In this document: positions 45,645 to 50,994 of the stretch, piece after piece
Layout: each line of letters opens with the position of its first letter
Numbering within the stretch: position 1 is the stretch's first letter
Assembly: GCA_046758745.1 (NCBI GenBank)
Contig: JBHIAV010000017.1
Span: forward strand, 1 to 50,994
Origin: Gemmatimonadota bacterium
GTDB lineage: Bacteria; Gemmatimonadota; Gemmatimonadetes; Palauibacterales; Palauibacteraceae
DNA length: 50,994 bases
Direction of reading: 5' to 3'
Made by a program: the position numbers and the translations under genes
Notes under the pieces: model-generated
The model's database searches: none
Seen by the model: only the letters and a program-made list of their open reading frames with translations
What the model was told of the DNA's origin: nothing

Positions 45645-46148
45645 TTGAACTGGTATGCTTGCCGGACCCGGGCGCGCGCGGAGAAGAACGTCGACCGGCT
45701 TCTGGCCGGCGCGGGGATCGAGTCCTACCTCCCCCTCATCGAGCGGGAGAGGCAGTGGACGGACCGCCGGATGCGCATCGCGTATCCTCTCTTCCCCGGG
45801 TACGTGTTCGCGCGATTCAAGCTGACGGAGCTCTACGAAGTTCTCCGGACCCCGGGGCTCGTGACCGTAGTTCGGTTGAATGGCGATCCGACCCCGGTGC
45901 GCGACGAGGAACTGGAGTCGATCCGCGCCCTGGTCAAGGGAGCGAACCACACGGGAGCCATGCCGTCGTTCTCCGACCGCGTCGCGCCGGGCCAAGAAGT
46001 TGTGGTGATTGGAGGACCCTTCCAGGGGATGCGCGGCACGCTGCTGCGAACCCGGGGGAACGCCCAAGTGGTAGTGCGGCTCTCGGCGATCCGGTTTGTT
46101 GTGGGCGTGGAGATGGACCGCCGCTTCCTCCGGCCCAATAGGCGTTGA
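45645..46148 (+). CDS. UpxY/RfaH-like NusG-paralogue transcription antiterminator
   Basis: WYACRTRARAEK, YLPL...RQWTDR...PLFPGYVF, KOW motif GGPFQGMRG. Confidence 0.9.
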   Translation: MNWYACRTRARAEKNVDRLLAGAGIESYLPLIERERQWTDRRMRIAYPLFPGYVFARFKLTELYEVLRTPGLVTVVRLNGDPTPVRDEELESIRALVKGANHTGAMPSFSDRVAPGQEVVVIGGPFQGMRGTLLRTRGNAQVVVRLSAIRFVVGVEMDRRFLRPNRR

Positions 46149-46224
46149 CATCGGTTCCAGCCGGAAGGCGATTCTCGCCCGCCACACCCGTGAAATTCTC
46201 GGCCGCCGCTAACAGCCGTTAGGG

Positions 46225-46899
46225 ATGTCCTGGCACTCATCAGCTAGGACTATTCCGGTTGCGAGGGCCCCACTCCGATCAACCTCGTACGTGTATGGGG
46301 CTATCAAGCGGACCCTCGATGTCGGGCTGGCCCTCGCTGGATTCCTCGTGACCTGGCCTCTTTGGATTCTCCTTCCGATCGCTATCAAGCTCGAGGACGG
46401 AGGGCCCGTCTTCTTCCGACAGAGACGGGTGGGAAAGGATGGGGAGCTGTTCACCGTACTCAAGTTCAGATCGATGGTCGTCGTCTCCGGCGACAAGAGA
46501 ATCGCGCAGCTAGCGGAACCCGATCGAGAATTGATCACGAAGGTGGGGCGCTTGATGCGCGCGACTGCCATGGACGAGCTTCCACAGCTCCTGAACATCC
46601 TGCGAGGAGAGATGAGCTTCGTGGGGCCGCGGGCCGTCCCACCTGTTGAACGGGTCGGAGACGGCAATGCAAAACCGATAGTTGTCGCAAGTCTACCCGG
46701 GTTCAGGCTGCGCCAGAGCGTCCGCCCAGGGCTCACTGGACTCGCTCAGGTCTATGCCCCCCGCCACATCTCCCACCAGCAGAAGTTCCGGTTCGATCTT
46801 CTGTATATCAGTCGCCGGAGCCTCGGGCTGGACCTCAAGCTAATCTTGCTCTCGATTTGGATCAGCCTCCGGTCGGCATGGCCCCAGGTGGGGCGCTGA
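46225..46899 (+). CDS. Priming sugar (phosphoglycosyl) transferase
   Basis: KRTLD, GPVFFRQRRVG, KFRSM, DELPQLLNILRGEMSFVGPR, PGLTGLAQV. Confidence 0.92.
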   Translation: MSWHSSARTIPVARAPLRSTSYVYGAIKRTLDVGLALAGFLVTWPLWILLPIAIKLEDGGPVFFRQRRVGKDGELFTVLKFRSMVVVSGDKRIAQLAEPDRELITKVGRLMRATAMDELPQLLNILRGEMSFVGPRAVPPVERVGDGNAKPIVVASLPGFRLRQSVRPGLTGLAQVYAPRHISHQQKFRFDLLYISRRSLGLDLKLILLSIWISLRSAWPQVGR

Positions 46900-46923
46900 C
46901 AGCGCGTACGGATCGTACGGATA

Positions 46924-47904
46924 GTGTTTGACAATCAAGTCGTGCTTGTCACAGGCGGTACAGGCTCCTTCGGGAGGAAGCTTACGGAGGTGATGCTCAA
47001 GCGGTGTCGTCCGAGGAAGCTCATCATCTTGAGCCGCGATGAACTTAAGCAGCACGAGATGCGTCAGCTCTACCCGGATGTGGGCAGTTCGCCCATGCGA
47101 TACTTCGTCGGTGATGTCCGCGATAAAGAGCGCCTAGAGCGGGCGTTCAGCGGCGTGGACATCGTCGTCCACGCCGCCGCCCTGAAACAGGTTCCGGCGT
47201 GCGAATACAATCCGTTCGAGGCCGTTCGCACGAACATCATGGGGGCCAAGAACGTCATCGATGCGGCGATCAACCAGGGCGTGAAGAGGGTGATGGCCAT
47301 CAGCACAGACAAGGCCGTAAACCCTATCAACCTTTATGGGGCCACCAAGCTGTGCGCAGAGAAGATATTCATCCAGGCGAACTCGTATTCGGGTACGGAG
47401 GGGTGCCGCTTCAGCTGCGCACGATACGGCAACGTGGTAGGGAGCCGCGGAAGCGTGATCCCCGTGTTCAGGCAACAGCGAACGAACGGCAAGATCACGA
47501 TCACGGACCATCGCATGACTCGCTTCTGGATCACGCTCGACCGCGGCGTGGAGTTCGTGATGAGTTGCATCGAAGTCATGTACGGTGGTGAAGTCTTCGT
47601 ACCGAAGATTCCCAGTATGCGTATCATCGACCTTGCCGAAGCGGTCGCTCCCGGCTGCGACGTCGAGTACATCGGGATCCGTCCAGGCGAAAAAGTCCAC
47701 GAGGCACTCGTGTCGGCGAACGAGGTCCGCCACACCGTTGAGCTCGAGGATATGTACGTCATTCTCCCCGTTCACCCATGGTGGCCAATCGACAACTGGT
47801 CGAAAGGTAGAGCGCTCCCAGAGGACTTTCGATACGCCAGCAACACGAACTCCGACTGGCTCTCCATCGACGAACTCCGCGAGCTCATCGGAGAGCCACA
47901 TTGA
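46924..47904 (+). CDS. pseB: UDP-GlcNAc 4,6-dehydratase (inverting)
   Basis: TGGTGSFG, SRDELKQ, HAAALKQVP, STDKA.NP.NLYGATK, RYGNVVGSRGSV, GIRPGEK. Confidence 0.93.
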   Translation: MFDNQVVLVTGGTGSFGRKLTEVMLKRCRPRKLIILSRDELKQHEMRQLYPDVGSSPMRYFVGDVRDKERLERAFSGVDIVVHAAALKQVPACEYNPFEAVRTNIMGAKNVIDAAINQGVKRVMAISTDKAVNPINLYGATKLCAEKIFIQANSYSGTEGCRFSCARYGNVVGSRGSVIPVFRQQRTNGKITITDHRMTRFWITLDRGVEFVMSCIEVMYGGEVFVPKIPSMRIIDLAEAVAPGCDVEYIGIRPGEKVHEALVSANEVRHTVELEDMYVILPVHPWWPIDNWSKGRALPEDFRYASNTNSDWLSIDELRELIGEPH

Positions 47905-49103
47905 GGGAGTATTCTCCGGGACGTACCACGCTTCCCAGCCGACCAGCTCGTCGGACGTATCTACCGTATGGGCACCAGTCGATCGAGCACGACGACGTTG
48001 CGGCAGTAGTCGAGGTGCTTCGCTCCGATTGGGTGACCGGGGGTCCCAAAGTAGCCGAGTTCGAGGAGGCGTTTGCAAAGTACGTAGGTGCCGCGCACGC
48101 GGTGAGCTTCAGTTCGGGGACGGCGGCGCTTCACGGAGCGGTGTTCGCAGCAGGGATCAGGCCCGGGGACGAGGCGATCGCGACTCCGCTCACGTTCTGC
48201 GCGACGGCCAACTGTGTGCTCTACCAGGGAGCCGTACCGGTCTTCGCGGACGTATGTCCCGACACCCTGAACATCGATCCCGAGGAGATCCGGCGCCGCA
48301 TCACCGCTCGAACGAAGGCGATCCTTCCCGTCGACTACGCCGGGCACCCGGCGGACCTCGACCCGATCCTGGGATTGGCCGAGCGATACGGTCTCACCGT
48401 GATCGAAGACGCCTGCCACGCCCTCGGGGCACGGTATCGGGCGAGGCGAGTCGGTAGCATCAGCACGATGACCGCCTTCAGCTTCCACCCTGTGAAGCAC
48501 ATCACCACGGGCGAGGGCGGGATGGTCGCCACCGACGATGCAGAGCTAGCCCGCCGGCTCCGCCGGTTTCGAAACCACGGAATCGACCGCGACGCGCGCG
48601 AGCGGCAGGAAGACGGGCAGTTGCGGTACGACATGGTCTCGTTGGGCTATAACTACCGTCTAACGGATATCGCTTCCGCGCTCGGTCTTTCCCAGCTTCG
48701 AAAGCTGGACGGAAACCTCGTCCGTCGGCGCCGGATCGCCGCCCGCTACTTCTCCGCGTTCTCGGGGATGCCGGGCGTGGTTCCACCGGCCGAGAGGGAA
48801 GACGTGACGCCCGCTTGGCACCTGTACCCCATCCGGTTGGACCTGGAACGACTGAATACCTCGCGCGACGAGGTATTCCGGATGCTGAGAAGCGCGAACA
48901 TCGGGGTGCAGGTCCACTACATCCCGGTCCATTACCATCCGTACTACCGGGAGCGGTTCGGTTACCGGCGGGGAGAGTATCCGATTGCCGAATCCGCGTA
49001 CGGAGCACTCCTCAGCGTCCCGATGTTCCACGGCATGAGCGACGAGGATGTGGATGACGTGATCGATGCCGTCGGAGCGGTCGTCGGCGCTCAGCTTCGA
49101 TGA
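47901..49103 (+). CDS. pseC: DegT/PseC-family aminotransferase
   Basis: LPYGHQSI, SSGTAALH, EDACHALG, FSFHPVKHITTGEGG, GVQVHYIP. Confidence 0.9.
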   Translation: MREYSPGRTTLPSRPARRTYLPYGHQSIEHDDVAAVVEVLRSDWVTGGPKVAEFEEAFAKYVGAAHAVSFSSGTAALHGAVFAAGIRPGDEAIATPLTFCATANCVLYQGAVPVFADVCPDTLNIDPEEIRRRITARTKAILPVDYAGHPADLDPILGLAERYGLTVIEDACHALGARYRARRVGSISTMTAFSFHPVKHITTGEGGMVATDDAELARRLRRFRNHGIDRDARERQEDGQLRYDMVSLGYNYRLTDIASALGLSQLRKLDGNLVRRRRIAARYFSAFSGMPGVVPPAEREDVTPAWHLYPIRLDLERLNTSRDEVFRMLRSANIGVQVHYIPVHYHPYYRERFGYRRGEYPIAESAYGALLSVPMFHGMSDEDVDDVIDAVGAVVGAQLR

Positions 49104-50215
49104 GGTGGCTGGAGCGGACCCTGCGCGAAGCCGATCGTAAGGTCGAGCGGACCCTCGAGGAGGTGGGCGACGATTTTCCCCACGTAAGTGAGGGCGCTGT
49201 TTGGATGACGTCGCCCTCCACGGGTTGGCAGGACACCGACGCCGACTGGACCGCCGGGTTCTGGCCCGGGATTCTCTGGCTTCTACATGGACTCACCAAC
49301 CGAGCGAGGTATCTGCAGGCCGCCGTCCGCCACACTCTTCTTCTGGAGGATCGGCTCGACTACGACAGCCACGATCTGGGTTTCCTTTACCATCCCGCCT
49401 GCGTTCTCGGCTATGAACAGACGGGCGACATGGGACTGAGAAATTGGGCACTCCGGGCGGCAAACCGACTCGTCGAGCAATTTTGTCCCTCTGTGGGACT
49501 GCTCGCACTCCGGGGAAGTGGGAAGCTGGCCGACTATGCGGCGGTCGACACCATGATGAACCTCCCGCTGCTCTGGTGGGCGTACCGCGAGACCGGGAAG
49601 AGCCATTATTTCGACGTGGCCTCAAAACACGCTCGATCGACCGGCGAACGACTCATCCGCGAGGATGGATCCACCTACCACCTGCTCCACTTCGACCGGG
49701 GGACGGGGAAAGTAGTCTGGCGAGGTACGGGACAGGGAGCCAGCGACGCATCGTGCTGGAGCCGCGGACAGGCCTGGGCCCTGTGCGGTTTCGGGGTAGC
49801 GGCCCAAGAGACGGGGAGCGGAAGCTTCGCCGCTCTGTTCCACCGACTGTACGGATACGTCGAGGCGCGGCTTCCTGCCGACCTTCTACCGTACTGGGAC
49901 TACGAGCCGGGTGAGGCCGAGAGCGAGAGCGAATGGCGGGACAGCTCGGCGGCAGCGATCATGGCGAGTGCGCTGCTGCGCGCCTCTCGATCGGGTGCTG
50001 TTTGCGCCCGACTGTCCGACCTCAGGGCGTCGGGTCTCAAGATCCTGGAGTCCCTGGCCAAGAACTGCGCCGCGAACTCGGGAGACCCCGAGCCGGGCTT
50101 ACTCCGGCACGGGTGCTTTCATGCGCCCTGCAACAGGGCGACCGACGCGTCTCTAATCTGGGGCGATTACTTCTTCCTCGACGCACTGTCCAGGGCGACG
50201 CAGATCTTGCGGTAA
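49100..50215 (+). CDS. GH88-family unsaturated glucuronyl hydrolase-like protein
   Basis: WTAGFWPG, SHDLGF, VDTMMNLPLL, WSRGQAW, DSSAAAI, WGDYFF. Confidence 0.88.
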   Translation: MRWLERTLREADRKVERTLEEVGDDFPHVSEGAVWMTSPSTGWQDTDADWTAGFWPGILWLLHGLTNRARYLQAAVRHTLLLEDRLDYDSHDLGFLYHPACVLGYEQTGDMGLRNWALRAANRLVEQFCPSVGLLALRGSGKLADYAAVDTMMNLPLLWWAYRETGKSHYFDVASKHARSTGERLIREDGSTYHLLHFDRGTGKVVWRGTGQGASDASCWSRGQAWALCGFGVAAQETGSGSFAALFHRLYGYVEARLPADLLPYWDYEPGEAESESEWRDSSAAAIMASALLRASRSGAVCARLSDLRASGLKILESLAKNCAANSGDPEPGLLRHGCFHAPCNRATDASLIWGDYFFLDALSRATQILR

Positions 50216-50224
50216 CGCGACCGC

Positions 50225-50971
50225 GTGGCGATGGCCAGATCAAGGCGTTTAATCGGCATCATTCAGGCGCGGATGCGTTCAACGCGACTGCCGGGGAAGG
50301 TCCTAAAGGACATCAGGGGCGAGCCGATGTTGGCGAGAGTCGTCGGCCGCCTTTCCCGCTCTTCGCTTCTCGACGCCGTCGTGGTGGCCACCACCACACG
50401 CGCGGCAGACAAACCGATCGTCGATCTGTGCGGAGCCAGAGGCTGGCACTGCTTCCGGGGGAGCGAGGGGGATGTCCTTGCCCGGTATTACTTCGCCGCG
50501 CTCGAATCCCATGCGGATGTCGTCGTGCGGGTCACGTCGGACTGCCCTCTCGTGGATGCCGGGGTGGTCGATCGTGTGGCCTCGGAATTCTTGCAGAACG
50601 GCAAGCTGGACTACGCGAGCAATACTGTAGACCCACGGACGTTTCCGCGCGGCCTAGACGTGGAAGTCCTTTCCCTCGGCGCATTGGAAAGGGCGTGGTG
50701 CGAGGATGGCAACCCGACGTGGCGGGAGCACGTGACGCCCTACATTTATCGGAATCCCGACCGGTTCCGCGTCAGGTCGGTCACCAACGCTCCCGACTGT
50801 TCACATCTGCGGTGGACGGTTGACACCCCGGAGGACCTCGAGCTCGTCCGCACGGTTTACCGCTATTTCGCCGACGACGGATTCACCTGGCAGGAGGTAC
50901 TGGACGCGTTTGCCAGAAACCCGGATTGGGTGGAGATCAATCGATACGTGACGCAGAGAGAGCTTCCTTGA
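50225..50971 (+). CDS. SpsF/PseF-like acylneuraminate cytidylyltransferase
   Basis: IIQARMRSTRLPGKVL, RGSEGDVL, VRVTSDCP, REHVT, RWTVDTPEDL. Confidence 0.9.
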   Translation: MAMARSRRLIGIIQARMRSTRLPGKVLKDIRGEPMLARVVGRLSRSSLLDAVVVATTTRAADKPIVDLCGARGWHCFRGSEGDVLARYYFAALESHADVVVRVTSDCPLVDAGVVDRVASEFLQNGKLDYASNTVDPRTFPRGLDVEVLSLGALERAWCEDGNPTWREHVTPYIYRNPDRFRVRSVTNAPDCSHLRWTVDTPEDLELVRTVYRYFADDGFTWQEVLDAFARNPDWVEINRYVTQRELP

Positions 50972-50994
50972 ACATCCAGGCCGGTACGCTCCTG
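50968..50994 (+). CDS. Start of the next coupled gene (partial; possibly pseG)
   Basis: TTG overlapping the previous stop (TTGA), reads MNIQAGTLL to the window edge; identity inferred from gene order only. Confidence 0.35.

Noticed and set aside
1-50994. tRNA/rRNA genes, or an intact integrase/transposase
   Set aside because: None recognisable by eye; a covariance-model scan would be needed to exclude small RNAs.

Overview
GC-rich bacterial chromosomal window. The protein families suggest Gemmatimonadota or a similar lineage (inference). (1) 1-14.8 kb is an accessory mosaic. Six type II toxin-antitoxin (TA) modules are packed into the first 6.3 kb: BrnT/DUF4258-like, Xre-RES, VapBC, MazEF, VapBC and YefM-YoeB. 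Several have their own promoter and palindromic operator. They are interleaved with truncated scraps of unrelated genes. After them come two Uma2 paralogues, ArfB, three 'FAELKRR' TPR paralogues (one internally deleted, one intact, one relic), CapA and a VapC relic. A ~57-bp copy of the 3' end of nmrA lies 10 kb downstream of nmrA and brackets much of this segment like an att duplication, yet no integrase is present. (2) 14.8-37.5 kb is core-like: nmrA, DUF2339, secreted proteins and lipoproteins, a PBP1B-like class A PBP, a GT4-GT4-GH130-GH130 operon and an Opp/Dpp ABC transporter. (3) 37.6-51 kb holds a Phd-VapC module, an internally deleted IS3 remnant, an atypical NarL-type regulator, a geranylgeranyl-reductase-like oxidoreductase and a Wza/Wzc/UpxY polysaccharide locus with pseB-pseC-(GH88)-pseF. 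Degenerate tandem-repeat expansions recur across the window, both in frame within genes and between genes. No rRNA, tRNA or CRISPR array was seen. All product calls come from motif recognition by eye; no database search was run.
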